The position numbers and the translations under genes were made by a program. The notes under the pieces are model-generated. The model was not told the DNA's origin, made no database searches, and saw only the letters and a program-made list of their open reading frames with translations. A stretch of DNA of 42,290 bases from an uncultured bacterium (lineage in GTDB: Bacteria > Hydrogenedentota > Hydrogenedentia > Hydrogenedentales > JAEUWI01): contig CAXBPH010000020.1 of NCBI GenBank assembly GCA_963977445.1, positions 1 to 42,290 of the forward strand. The letters are read 5' to 3'. This document shows positions 27,975 to 36,972 of this stretch, piece after piece; the first letter of the stretch is position 1, and each line of letters begins with the position of its first letter.

Positions 27975-28709
27975 CTAGATTCCTCCTTTTGTCGCTTCGA
28001 CAGTTTCTTCTTCAAATTTTGGCCCGTAGTAGACCAGGCGACCACAGTGCCGACAGGGGATAAATTCGCCACCCAGGATTTCGTTTACATTCTGGGCGGT
28101 GATTCCCATGAAGCAACCTGAGCAGGATTCTCCCTGCAGGGGCACAATGGCTGCACCGGTCTTTTTTGCGCGCCGAATACGTTCATATCGTTTCAAGTGT
28201 AGGGGATCGATGCCGTCATAAAGGGGCTTGCGCCGGGCTTCGAGGGCTTCCCGCTCTTTAACCGCGAGGGCGAGTTCTTCGTCGATTTTGGCACACTCCC
28301 CGGTAATTTCGGCCTGCTCGCCGGCGATCCGCTGCTTATCTTCTTCATAGCAGGACTTCGCGGTATCCATTTGTTCCATAATGGTCAGAATTCGCTCTTC
28401 TTTCTGACCGATGACTTTCTTAAGACTCTCCATCTCGTGAAGCAGGGCCTGATATTCTTCATTTTTCTTCACGGCGAGAAGCTGGGTTTCTTTTTTCTTA
28501 ATATCCTCTTGTTTCGCCGCTACTTCGGATTCGCATTCTCGCTGTTCGAGCATGAGGCCTTTGAATTTAGCTTCACTCTCTTTCAGTTCGTCTTCGAGGC
28601 GCTTTCGATGAATATCAAACTTGTTCTTCTGCTTGGGAATCTCTGTTTCCCGCGCACGAAATTTCTCTATCTTTAAATCAAGATTCTGTAGATCTAATAA
28701 CTTCTTCAA
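27975..28709 (-). CDS. coiled-coil C4 zinc-ribbon protein (DUF164; CT398/HP0958-like)
   Basis: LLDLQNLD start, long coiled coil with KKNEEYQAL..E, then YERIR, CSGC and CRHCGRLVY. TTG start 9 nt after GGAGG. Confidence 0.88.
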   Translation of the reverse strand: MKKLLDLQNLDLKIEKFRARETEIPKQKNKFDIHRKRLEDELKESEAKFKGLMLEQRECESEVAAKQEDIKKKETQLLAVKKNEEYQALLHEMESLKKVIGQKEERILTIMEQMDTAKSCYEEDKQRIAGEQAEITGECAKIDEELALAVKEREALEARRKPLYDGIDPLHLKRYERIRRAKKTGAAIVPLQGESCSGCFMGITAQNVNEILGGEFIPCRHCGRLVYYGPKFEEETVEATKGGI

Positions 28710-28783
28710 TGGTCCACGCCTCCGCGAAAGTTCAACTGAAAATGCGCCTGTTTTGTACGAATTATCGCCCATTCTCGGGGCAC

Positions 28784-28811
28784 AAAAAAACCGCAGCCTT
28801 AAGCTGCGGTT
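28784..28811 (-). terminator. intrinsic terminator
   Basis: Minus strand AACCGCAGC-TTAAG-GCTGCGGTT followed by a T run. Confidence 0.85.
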
Positions 28812-28972
28812 ATAGCAATCGCTTTAAAACCGTGGTGTGCACCGATCAACGGTGCCCGCCTGATTTGCAAACAGGCACTACCCAGAGGCAGTTGCGAGCC
28901 AACCAACCGAGAGCGCAACGCTTCGGCGAATAGGGCATGCACCTTGGTACCGACTGTATACAAAACATTCAT
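28784..28972 (-). ncRNA. candidate structured non-coding RNA or leader (~190 nt), family unassigned
   Basis: Lies between a sigma70 promoter and an intrinsic terminator. Nested helices (UAUA-CAGUCG/CGAUUG-C-UAUA, GGUG/CACC, UGCCC/GGGCA, GUUGCG/CGCAAC, GCCUG/CAGGC, CCG/CGG). G-U pairs work only on the minus strand. Confidence 0.55.
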
Positions 28973-28978
28973 TCCTTG

Positions 28979-29007
28979 ATCATACCGTTTATTCGGGCAA
29001 ACTGCAA
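28979..29007 (-). promoter_or_regulatory. sigma70-type promoter overlapping the ilvN 3' end
   Basis: Minus strand TTGCAG (29007-29002), 17-nt spacer, TATGAT (28984-28979). Confidence 0.65.
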
Positions 29008-29492
29008 TGACGTTTTGGAGAACGTTCAATGGCAATTTCACCGGTGCGAACCAACTCCGTAATGGAGTAGGGGCGCATCATATCGACGCAGGCAGAAACT
29101 TTACCTTCTGCGCCAGTTACTTCGATAGTGAGAGAATCGGGACCGACGTCAACGACGTTGGCCCGAAATATATTGGCAATTTCGACCACTTCGCTCCGCT
29201 GTTCTTTCTCTACGTTCACTTTGATGAGCACCAATTCACGCTCAATAAACGAAGAGGCGGTAAGGTCGGTCACTTCGATAACATCAACCAGCTTGTTGAG
29301 CTGCTGCATCATCTGGAAGAGGACGCTGTCATCGCCACGCACAACCACCGTCATGCGGGAAATGCTGGGGTCCATCGTTTCCCCCACGCACAGGCTGATG
29401 ATGTTGTAACCACGCGCACTGAACAGGCCGGAAACCCGTGCAAGCACACCGAAATGGTTTTCCACGAGAACACTGATCGTGTGCTTTTTCAT
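28989..29492 (-). CDS. ilvN: acetolactate synthase small (regulatory) subunit
   Basis: HTISVLVENHFGVLARVSGLFSARGYNI.SL, QLNKLVDVI.V, ERELVLIKV, IFRANVVDV, ELVRTG. Start at ATG 29492. Confidence 0.95.
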   Translation of the reverse strand: MKKHTISVLVENHFGVLARVSGLFSARGYNIISLCVGETMDPSISRMTVVVRGDDSVLFQMMQQLNKLVDVIEVTDLTASSFIERELVLIKVNVEKEQRSEVVEIANIFRANVVDVGPDSLTIEVTGAEGKVSACVDMMRPYSITELVRTGEIAIERSPKRHCSLPE

Positions 29493-29545
29493 CTCTTCCA
29501 CTTTCTCCACTCCTCCTGGATCACTGTCCAGGATGTCGCAGCCAC

Positions 29546-30109
29546 TCACGTACCATTGAAAGCGTTCATCGCCGCGGTAATGCCATCTTTAGACCAGAGT
29601 AGCGCAGCCTCTGCGCCTCGGTCCAAGGACTCCGTCACCGCCACACGCTCTTCAGGCAAAAACTTTGCCAGCACATGGTCGGCGAGATCACTGTTTTTTC
29701 TATCATCACCTACGCCCATGCGCATTCTATGGTAGTCGGGACTGCCAAATCGCTCATTTACCGATTTCAAACCGTTATGACCACCAGCGCTGCCACCCGC
29801 CCGAAGGCGGATTTTGCCGAGGGGCAAATGGATATCGTCTACCACAACCAACAAATCGGCAGGATCATAGATCGCGTTTTTGCTCGTGCGCGCTATACAA
29901 TCGCCACTTCGGTTCATAAAGGTCTGCGGCTTTACCAGCAGAAGCTTTTCGCCGCGATAGCTTGCCTGGGCCATAAGGCCCTGGTGTTTATCCCGATCAA
30001 AGGCAACGCCTAGTGCTTCGGCAATCTTGTCCAGGACCATGAACCCGAGATTGTGTCTCGTGTTTTTATAGGCCGACCCTGGATTACCCAAGCCCGCGAT
30101 AATCTTCAT
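29546..30109 (-). CDS. pth: peptidyl-tRNA hydrolase
   Basis: GLGNPG..Y..TRHNLGF, KPQTFMN.SG, GSAGGHNGLKS, AMNAFN. Confidence 0.97.
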   Translation of the reverse strand: MKIIAGLGNPGSAYKNTRHNLGFMVLDKIAEALGVAFDRDKHQGLMAQASYRGEKLLLVKPQTFMNRSGDCIARTSKNAIYDPADLLVVVDDIHLPLGKIRLRAGGSAGGHNGLKSVNERFGSPDYHRMRMGVGDDRKNSDLADHVLAKFLPEERVAVTESLDRGAEAALLWSKDGITAAMNAFNGT

Positions 30110-30148
30110 AAAAATTGCCTGTCAGTCACTTGCTAGACAGCAAGAAGC

Positions 30149-30769
30149 TTACGCTTCCTCTGCTTCTTCTTCTTCACCTTCCGTCGTCGCGGATCCCTTG
30201 CCGGAAACGCGCGGAGCATGGATAGCCAGGATGGTGCGTTCACCATCCGTAACAATCCGTGTGCCTGCCATTGCCGTCAAGTCGGATACGTGTATCCGAC
30301 CGCCAATTTCGATATCCGTGATATCAATCTCGAAGGACTCGGGAGTCTCCAGGGGAAGACATTCCAGTTCGATTTCACGAAGCTGTTGATCAGGAACACC
30401 ACCCGCGACGAGACCGACGCAATGCCCAACGAGATTGATAGGCACCTGGGTAATGATGAGCTTGTCCAGATCAATGCGCAAGAAGTCGGCGTGCATCACA
30501 TGCTCACGAATGGGATGGTGCTGTACCGCTTTGATGACGCTTGGCCCGCTCAATTCTGGCTTGCCTTCCACTTCCAACCGCACGACTGCGTGCTCACCAT
30601 TACCACCATGAACAATTGCGTCAAATGCTTTCGCATTGATCGTGATCGCCGTAGAACCGGTATCGTCGCCATAAACTACAGCGGGGATATTTCCGATTAC
30701 ACGCTTGCGGCGCGCGGGACCTTTTCCGGTGTCATTCCGTGTCTCTGCTTTAATCGTTTGCATTTTCAT
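30149..30769 (-). CDS. rplY: 50S ribosomal protein bL25/Ctc
   Basis: TGKGPARR, IPAVVYG, VQHHPI..HADF, IHVSDL, acidic tail. GGAGG RBS before ATG 30769. Confidence 0.95.
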   Translation of the reverse strand: MKMQTIKAETRNDTGKGPARRKRVIGNIPAVVYGDDTGSTAITINAKAFDAIVHGGNGEHAVVRLEVEGKPELSGPSVIKAVQHHPIREHVMHADFLRIDLDKLIITQVPINLVGHCVGLVAGGVPDQQLREIELECLPLETPESFEIDITDIEIGGRIHVSDLTAMAGTRIVTDGERTILAIHAPRVSGKGSATTEGEEEEAEEA

Positions 30770-30794
30770 GCTTCTGTATGCCTCCGAATCTGCA

Positions 30795-31775
30795 TCAGTT
30801 CTTAAAAAGATTGCTGACGGATTCATCCTTGTGGACTCTGCGAATTGCCTCCCCGATCAACGGGGCCAGCGAGAGCACCTGCACTTTCGGGTTACTCTGG
30901 GCCTTCTCTGAAAGGGGTATTGAATCACAAACCAGTATTTCTTCCAGTTCCGAATGCTCTATATTATCTAAGGCCGGACCACTGAACACCGGATGGGTCG
31001 CGCATGCGCGAACCGATAAAGCACCGTGCTCTTTTATGGCTTTGGCCGCCTTGACGAGTGTACCGGCCGTATCAATCATGTCGTCGAAGATGAGGGCATT
31101 AACACCCTTCACATCGCCGATTATATTCATCACCTCCGCCACGTTTTCTTTCGGACGACGTTTGTCTACGATCGCCAGAGGCGCGCCGAGCCGATTGGCG
31201 AATTCACGCGCACGACCAACACTGCCCGTGTCGGGCGACACCACCATCAATTTATCTACCAGCGTCGGGTGGTGCTTAAAATGATTAACAAACACCACCT
31301 CGGCCGACAGATGATCTACCGGAATATCGAAAAAACCTTGAATCTGTCCACAATGCAAGTCCACCGTCAATACACGGTCTGCACCTGCTGCAGTCAACAA
31401 GTTGGCCACCAGCTTTGCCGTAATCGGCACGCGGGCTTTGTCTTTTCGATCCTGGCGGGCATAACCATAATAAGGCATAACCGCCGTGATACGTTCGGCC
31501 GACGCACGTTTCGCCGCGTCGATCATAATCAACAATTCCATCAGATGACGGTTCACGGGCGGTGAGGTGCTATTTACAAGAAACACGTCACGACCGCGAA
31601 TATTATCCGCAATCTGAACACGAATTTCGCCATCGGAGAAACGTCCGACGCTGGCGCGCGCCGGCTCACAGTCCAAGTGCTTGCAAATCCCTCGTGCGAG
31701 AACCTCGGAGGCTCCTCCACTGAAGACTTTCATGTCGCTGGTGTAAGCCACAGAATTGCTGTTCCTTCTTACCAA
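30795..31775 (-). CDS. prs: ribose-phosphate pyrophosphokinase
   Basis: FSDGEI, PYYGYARQDRK, DLHCGQIQGFFDIPVD, VSPDTG, DDMIDTAGT. Start uncertain (TTG 31775 after GGAGG, or ATG 31733). Confidence 0.96.
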   Translation of the reverse strand: MVRRNSNSVAYTSDMKVFSGGASEVLARGICKHLDCEPARASVGRFSDGEIRVQIADNIRGRDVFLVNSTSPPVNRHLMELLIMIDAAKRASAERITAVMPYYGYARQDRKDKARVPITAKLVANLLTAAGADRVLTVDLHCGQIQGFFDIPVDHLSAEVVFVNHFKHHPTLVDKLMVVSPDTGSVGRAREFANRLGAPLAIVDKRRPKENVAEVMNIIGDVKGVNALIFDDMIDTAGTLVKAAKAIKEHGALSVRACATHPVFSGPALDNIEHSELEEILVCDSIPLSEKAQSNPKVQVLSLAPLIGEAIRRVHKDESVSNLFKN

Positions 31776-31800
31776 AATGTCCTCCAAAGAGGAGGATAAA

Positions 31801-31875
31801 TGGCAGGGGCGGTAGGATTCGAACCTACAATACCCTGCACCAAAAGCAGGTGCCTTACCATTTGGCCACGCCCCT
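31801..31875 (-). tRNA. tRNA-Gln(UUG)
   Basis: AGGGGCG acceptor pairs with CGCCCCT-G-CCA. D-arm GCC-AAATGGTAA-GGC, anticodon arm CCTGC-TT-TTG-GT-GCAGG, T-arm GTAGG-TTCGAAT-CCTAC. Usual position upstream of prs. Confidence 0.97.
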
Positions 31876-31973
31876 GTAAAGTCCAGCCATATTTTGTGAT
31901 ATCACGGACCATTTACCGAGCTTTCGGGGCACAGCGCAACCGCCGCTCCCCGCTAAAGCGTCGAGGGAGTAGG

Positions 31974-32003
31974 AGTATATCAAGTGCAGAATTGCCAAGT
32001 CAA
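31974..32003 (-). promoter_or_regulatory. sigma70 promoter for tRNA-Gln-prs-rplY-pth
   Basis: Minus strand TTGACT, 18-nt spacer, TATACT with extended TG. Confidence 0.7.
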
Positions 32004-32071
32004 CGTGCATCGCCTTGAAATAGCGTAGCTTAGCGATACCAATGCCGTCTGGAGACGCCATGGTGGCCTAA

Positions 32072-34327
32072 TCAGCGCACTGTCCGGATTTCGTCGAGTA
32101 ATATCAGCGCGTTCTTGCTGAGCTCTTCGGCCTCTGCGAGGATATCCTTTCCCTGCCCCCGGCGCAGCCGAAGGCGGAGCTCGGCCGTCTTCCGAGCAAG
32201 CGGAAGCACCCGTATCCCCATGTCCCGTGCGCGGTCCATCTGGCCGTTGCCAATAAGTCGGCAGAGGGCTCCGTCACACGCACAAATAGCGGCTCCCGCC
32301 TTGGTCAGCGCACTCTGACTTGTGGCGAAGTCGGGTGTTGCGTAGAGCAAATTGACGAGCTGCTCTTTGGCTTCCTGGCTGGCGCGAGCGTCCTCGATGG
32401 GCGCACGCGTGCCGATTTGCCGAATATCATACTGAATTCGGGATACATCGATATTGTATCGGCGGGCCAGCGCCAGATTGATGGCCACCTGACGTTGATC
32501 ACCTTCCTGAAGGCGTCTGATAATGGCATCACGCCAGTATTCGCACACCTTCTTCTCGGCCACCAGCAGGATCTGGCCCTGCCCGGGAAACATTTCCAGG
32601 TGCCGGCGGTGCTCGGAAGGCTGCCAATTGCGACTTCTCACAAAGTCTGTCATATCATAGACTTCAAGATCCTTTGCAAGGGATTCTGGCACTTCAATGT
32701 TCACGGTGGTTACTTCATCGAGCTCGTTGCTGATGACATAAAGCAGGAGGAAATCCGGGCCAGCAAGCCAAATCCATTGAATTGCGGCGAGCCCCTCGGG
32801 GCGGCGGGACCGGTCGTGCTCCTCCCAGGTAACCTTAAAATCGCATTCCGGGGGCTGCTCCAGGGGACGGGCATTCAGGGCCAATGGCGCCAACGCATAG
32901 AATCGCTCCATGCGATGGCCCAATTCGGACCAATTGTCACTGAAATTCAGGAAGGGCCCCGTCAGCGACCGCTGGGTGTTGCCCTCGACCCAAATAGGGT
33001 CATTATGAAAGGTGAAGGCAAACCATCCCCGGGCCCCATTGGCGAAAGACAGATTGATCATCAGACGCATCTCGGGGCTGGTGTTCCACTCTGGCGTCTC
33101 TGTCGTATAGACAAATGCGGGAGCGACGATCCAAAGATGTTGTCCGCCAACCTGCTTATAATGGGCCCGAATGGTTTTACCCAACTCCCAGGGAACGTGG
33201 GACTTAAAATGCGAAATTCCTGATACCGGAAAATGAGGTGCGAAGAGGGGAAGTGAATTGGGCTCCCGCATGATGGTCACCAGCGGGTGCTTGGGATCCA
33301 CTTCGCGAATCAGGGGCTGGGCTTCCATATGCATATTGAAGCTGTGCGCCGGCGGCTCATTTCGAATGGCCCACCCCAGCAAGGCCGGGGAATTGGCATA
33401 GGGGGTAACATATTTGTCCACAAGGCCTGCAGGGTCAGCGCCAAACTCTTCCTCCGACCAATCATAGTGAGCTAGCACTCGAATTCCGTAGGATTCTGCG
33501 AGCCCAAGAATCTCACGCCACTCAACTTCGGAGAGCACTTCGAGCTCCTCCAATGCGACGGCATTGTGATGATGGCGGGCCACATCTTCGAGGGCGAGGC
33601 GCCAGTAGTCTCGAAAGGACATCTCCATGCAAGCAGCCATTCGCTTGGCTGTACCTGCCTTCATGCAAACCCCCAATGGCATGAATTCATCCAGCAGGGG
33701 ATAGTGCGGCGGCCCGTCGTGGGCAAATCGGGCCTCACGGGCGTGGTGACAGGCATCTCGTTCCGCGTCACTCATGGCGCGAAACCGGATCGACTGAATT
33801 TCCATACCCTCTGACTGTCGTCGGATTGCGTAGAGGCGAAAGGTTATGGTGTCGAGCTGTGCGGGGAAGCCGTCATATTGCACGAGCCGGGCGATGGTCT
33901 GCCAGGAATCGGTGGGCTCCAGACCGTCGAAATGACTGCCCCCTTCATAGGCCATCACCCATGCCGGTCGCGCCGAGGCCGACTGGCAGCGGTAGGTTAT
34001 CTCGGCAATGGGAAAGCGGGACAGGTCGATGGGGAGGCGATCATCATGCCAGCCACGGGAACTGAGGGCCACCCAAAAACTGGGCTCCTCATGGGAAAGG
34101 TTATCAATCTGACGTACACTCTCAAAGTGGCCGGTCAGCCGGATGCAATTGTCCCCCTCCTCGCGGTCCGCAGGAATTACCTGCCATTCACGGTGGGCCT
34201 CATCGTCGGCGAGATTCCAGTGGGCAAAATCCGAGGCGGAGAACTCAATATGATCAAGGTGATCCCGAACGTCGGGATCGGGGTGATCGAGAAGCGCGCT
34301 TATATACCCGGCGTATTTATACTTCAT
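32072..34327 (-). CDS. hypothetical protein with putative glycoside-hydrolase-like TIM barrel
   Basis: 751-aa ORF with no signal peptide. FMPLGV, LLGWAIRNEP, VDPKHP, P.EMRL...SFANGARGW.AF resemble clan GH-A barrels. Confidence 0.55.
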   Translation of the reverse strand: MKYKYAGYISALLDHPDPDVRDHLDHIEFSASDFAHWNLADDEAHREWQVIPADREEGDNCIRLTGHFESVRQIDNLSHEEPSFWVALSSRGWHDDRLPIDLSRFPIAEITYRCQSASARPAWVMAYEGGSHFDGLEPTDSWQTIARLVQYDGFPAQLDTITFRLYAIRRQSEGMEIQSIRFRAMSDAERDACHHAREARFAHDGPPHYPLLDEFMPLGVCMKAGTAKRMAACMEMSFRDYWRLALEDVARHHHNAVALEELEVLSEVEWREILGLAESYGIRVLAHYDWSEEEFGADPAGLVDKYVTPYANSPALLGWAIRNEPPAHSFNMHMEAQPLIREVDPKHPLVTIMREPNSLPLFAPHFPVSGISHFKSHVPWELGKTIRAHYKQVGGQHLWIVAPAFVYTTETPEWNTSPEMRLMINLSFANGARGWFAFTFHNDPIWVEGNTQRSLTGPFLNFSDNWSELGHRMERFYALAPLALNARPLEQPPECDFKVTWEEHDRSRRPEGLAAIQWIWLAGPDFLLLYVISNELDEVTTVNIEVPESLAKDLEVYDMTDFVRSRNWQPSEHRRHLEMFPGQGQILLVAEKKVCEYWRDAIIRRLQEGDQRQVAINLALARRYNIDVSRIQYDIRQIGTRAPIEDARASQEAKEQLVNLLYATPDFATSQSALTKAGAAICACDGALCRLIGNGQMDRARDMGIRVLPLARKTAELRLRLRRGQGKDILAEAEELSKNALILLDEIRTVR

Positions 34328-34677
34328 CTATCTCCAAGCGCCTTTCCAGCAAACCCGTGAAATTCATCGCGCCCTGCGCCGCTATGGCCGCGCCTCGCAA
34401 TTCTGTGGTAACAATAGAGGCTATTGATGATACTATCCAAGTATTGCGAAGGATCGCAACCCATGGAAAATTCACCCCTCGAAAGGAATACGTCTTGTCA
34501 CACTTGAATCACATCACTCGACGCCCCGCCAAGGCGAGCTCAACAATTGACACGGTTTCAGAATCGAAGATCGAGTCGAAAGAAAGCCTCATAATCAGCA
34601 AGTCCAATTCGTAACTGGCCTCCGGTCCGGACATTTGCCATCGCACGTTGTCCACTTCGCTACAGCGGAATCCAAAA

Positions 34678-35727
34678 ATGAATCGTAGTGCCCGAGTATT
34701 CCTTGAAAAACTGCTGGCAACACCCAGCCCCTCCGGGGAGGAGTCTGCCATCCAGGACCAGTGCGCCCGCCGTCTGGAGAAGTCCATCCCGAAAATACGC
34801 CGCGATGTCCACGGAAATCAGTACTATCCCTTGACGGGATTTCGTGCCCGACGGGTCATGCTGTCCGCCCATGTCGACGAAATCGGACTCATGGTCCAGA
34901 GCATCGATGGGCAGGGATTCCTGAAGATCGTGCCAATTGGCGGCGTGGACAGCAGCACCTTGCCCGGACAACGGGTACGCGGCGCGCGGGTTAGCGGGGT
35001 TATCGGCACCCAAGCCACCCTCTTCCGCCCCGAGGCGGAATCGAAGCAAAATGCGACCATAGACAAACTCTGGGTGGATATTGGTGCCCGCGACAAGAAG
35101 GACGCGGAGTCGCTGATTGGTATCGGGGAAACGCTCACCTTGGATACGCCCCTGACCTGGCTGCGGAATGACCGCATTGCTGCCCGGGGGCTGGACAACC
35201 GCATCGGGGCGTTTATCCTTACGGAAACCCTGCTTCGGCTGGCCCGACGCAATCTCAAGGTGGATATCATCGGCGTCACCACGGTGCAGGAAGAAGTGGG
35301 GCTACGGGGTGCCAGGACGAGTGGGTATCAGACAGCTCCCGACATCGCTATTAACCTGGATGTAAATTTTGCCACCGATCACCCCCGTGGCGATGGAGAG
35401 CGCTGGGGTGAGACCAGTCTCTCGGGCGGGCCCATTCTGGCGCGGGGGGCGGGCGTCAATCCCCGCTTGCTCGCGGAGTTTCAGACGGTCGCTGCGAAGG
35501 CCGATATTCCCGTCCAGGTGCGGGCCGAGCCCACGGCCGATGGTACCGATGCGGGCGCGCTGCAACTCGCGCGGGGCGGCGTGGCGGTCATGGACATGGG
35601 CATCCCAAATCGCTATATGCACACGGCGGTCGAAATGGTTTGTCTCCACGATGTGGAACATTGCATCGAGTTGTTGACCCAATGGGTTATACAATGTCCC
35701 GCCGAAGGGGACTACATCATCCCATAG
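34678..35727 (+). CDS. M42 family (TET) aminopeptidase, paralog 1
   Basis: SPSGEE, AHVDEIG, PIGG, LDNRIG, VQEEVGLRGA, LDV, GTDA, PNRYMHT. ATG at 34678. Confidence 0.92.
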   Translation: MNRSARVFLEKLLATPSPSGEESAIQDQCARRLEKSIPKIRRDVHGNQYYPLTGFRARRVMLSAHVDEIGLMVQSIDGQGFLKIVPIGGVDSSTLPGQRVRGARVSGVIGTQATLFRPEAESKQNATIDKLWVDIGARDKKDAESLIGIGETLTLDTPLTWLRNDRIAARGLDNRIGAFILTETLLRLARRNLKVDIIGVTTVQEEVGLRGARTSGYQTAPDIAINLDVNFATDHPRGDGERWGETSLSGGPILARGAGVNPRLLAEFQTVAAKADIPVQVRAEPTADGTDAGALQLARGGVAVMDMGIPNRYMHTAVEMVCLHDVEHCIELLTQWVIQCPAEGDYIIP

Positions 35728-35801
35728 TTTCTCAGGTCCAATATGAATTCCATACAGCTCGTCGGGTACCATAACCCCTGTAATCTCGGAAGGAGTACAA
35801 C

Positions 35802-36863
35802 ATGCGCAAAGAATCTCTCGACTTTTTAAAGAAATTACTCAATACCGCAAGCCCCTCCGGTTTTGAGGAAAAAATACAGCGGGTCTGCAAGAGTTACATG
35901 GAGCCCTATGCCGATGAAATCTACAAAGATGTACACGGCAACCAATACCATGTAATCAACAAGAAGGCTGATCTTCGCATCATGCTGGCCGGCCACGTGG
36001 ATGAAATTGGACTCATGGTCAATACCATCGATGCCAACGGATTCCTCGGCTTTGTGCCCATTGGTGGTGTGGACAGCGCCGTGTTGGGTGGCCAACGGGT
36101 TACGGTACATGGAGCGAGCGGTCCAGTGCCCGGTGTCATCGGCCGAAAGGCTATCCATCTGACCCCCCAGGAAGATCGGAACAAGGCCCTCGAAGTTCAC
36201 GAGATGTGGATCGACATCGGCGCGAAGAACAAAAAAGACGCCGAAAAGGTCGTGGCCATTGCAGACCCGGTAACCATTGCGGTGGGCTACCAGGAGCTGC
36301 GCAATGACATGGTCGTCGCCCGCGCGCTGGATGATCGGGTTGGTGCCTTTGTCATCATGGAGGCGGTGCGCCTGCTCGCCAAAAAGAAAATTAACGTGGC
36401 GGTCTATTGCGTGACCACGGTCCAGGAAGAAATCGGCCTGCGGGGTGCGACCACCAGCGCCTACGGATGCAATCCCCACGCCGGTCTTGCGGTGGATGTG
36501 GCCTGGGCGACCGACCACCCCCGGGGAGAAGGGGAACGCTATGGCGAAACCGCCATCGGCAGTGGTCCCATCATCAGCCGTGGCCCCAACATCAATCCGA
36601 TGGTCCACAAAGGCATTCTGGACGCGGCGAAGAAATCCAACGTTCCCATACAACACTTCGCCATGCCGCGCGGGACGGGTACGGATGCCAATGCCATGCA
36701 ATTGAGTCGTGGCGGCGTGGCCACGGGCCTTATCGGGATTCCCAATCGCTACATGCACACCCCGGTCGAACTGGTCTCGCTGAAAGACGTTGAAAACGCG
36801 TCAAAGCTCATAGCGACGTGGATCAGCGGCCTGAAAGCCAACACCAGCTTTATCCCGCGATAA
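35802..36863 (+). CDS. M42 family (TET) aminopeptidase, paralog 2
   Basis: SPSGFE, GHVDEIG, LDDRVG, VQEEIGLRGA, VDV, GTDA, PNRYMHTP. AAGGAG RBS. Confidence 0.95.
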   Translation: MRKESLDFLKKLLNTASPSGFEEKIQRVCKSYMEPYADEIYKDVHGNQYHVINKKADLRIMLAGHVDEIGLMVNTIDANGFLGFVPIGGVDSAVLGGQRVTVHGASGPVPGVIGRKAIHLTPQEDRNKALEVHEMWIDIGAKNKKDAEKVVAIADPVTIAVGYQELRNDMVVARALDDRVGAFVIMEAVRLLAKKKINVAVYCVTTVQEEIGLRGATTSAYGCNPHAGLAVDVAWATDHPRGEGERYGETAIGSGPIISRGPNINPMVHKGILDAAKKSNVPIQHFAMPRGTGTDANAMQLSRGGVATGLIGIPNRYMHTPVELVSLKDVENASKLIATWISGLKANTSFIPR

Positions 36864-36880
36864 GTAATGACCACATTAAC

Positions 36881-36922
36881 AGACGGCCCCTCTCGCAATG
36901 CGCGGAGGGGCCGTCTTTTTTT
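36881..36922 (+). terminator. intrinsic terminator
   Basis: AGACGGCCCCTC...GAGGGGCCGTCT stem followed by a T run, downstream of the M42 pair. Confidence 0.85.
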
Positions 36923-36972
36923 CATGTAGCTCGCGGTGCACCAGGCCGAGACCATGGTGACATCGGGCTGCC

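Noticed and set aside
28799..28950. tmRNA resemblance (CCAAGGTGCATGCC and a frame ending ...AITAA-stop)
   Set aside because: No GGGG 5' acceptor, no T-arm/CCA 3' domain, and far too short. The matches look coincidental.
31896..31905. Perfect palindrome GTGATATCAC in the tRNA leader
   Set aside because: A single 10-bp palindrome is expected by chance in 42 kb, and no second copy was noticed.
34357..34614. 85-aa plus-strand ORF in the divergent intergenic region
   Set aside because: No RBS, motif or coding-like composition. More likely promoter DNA.
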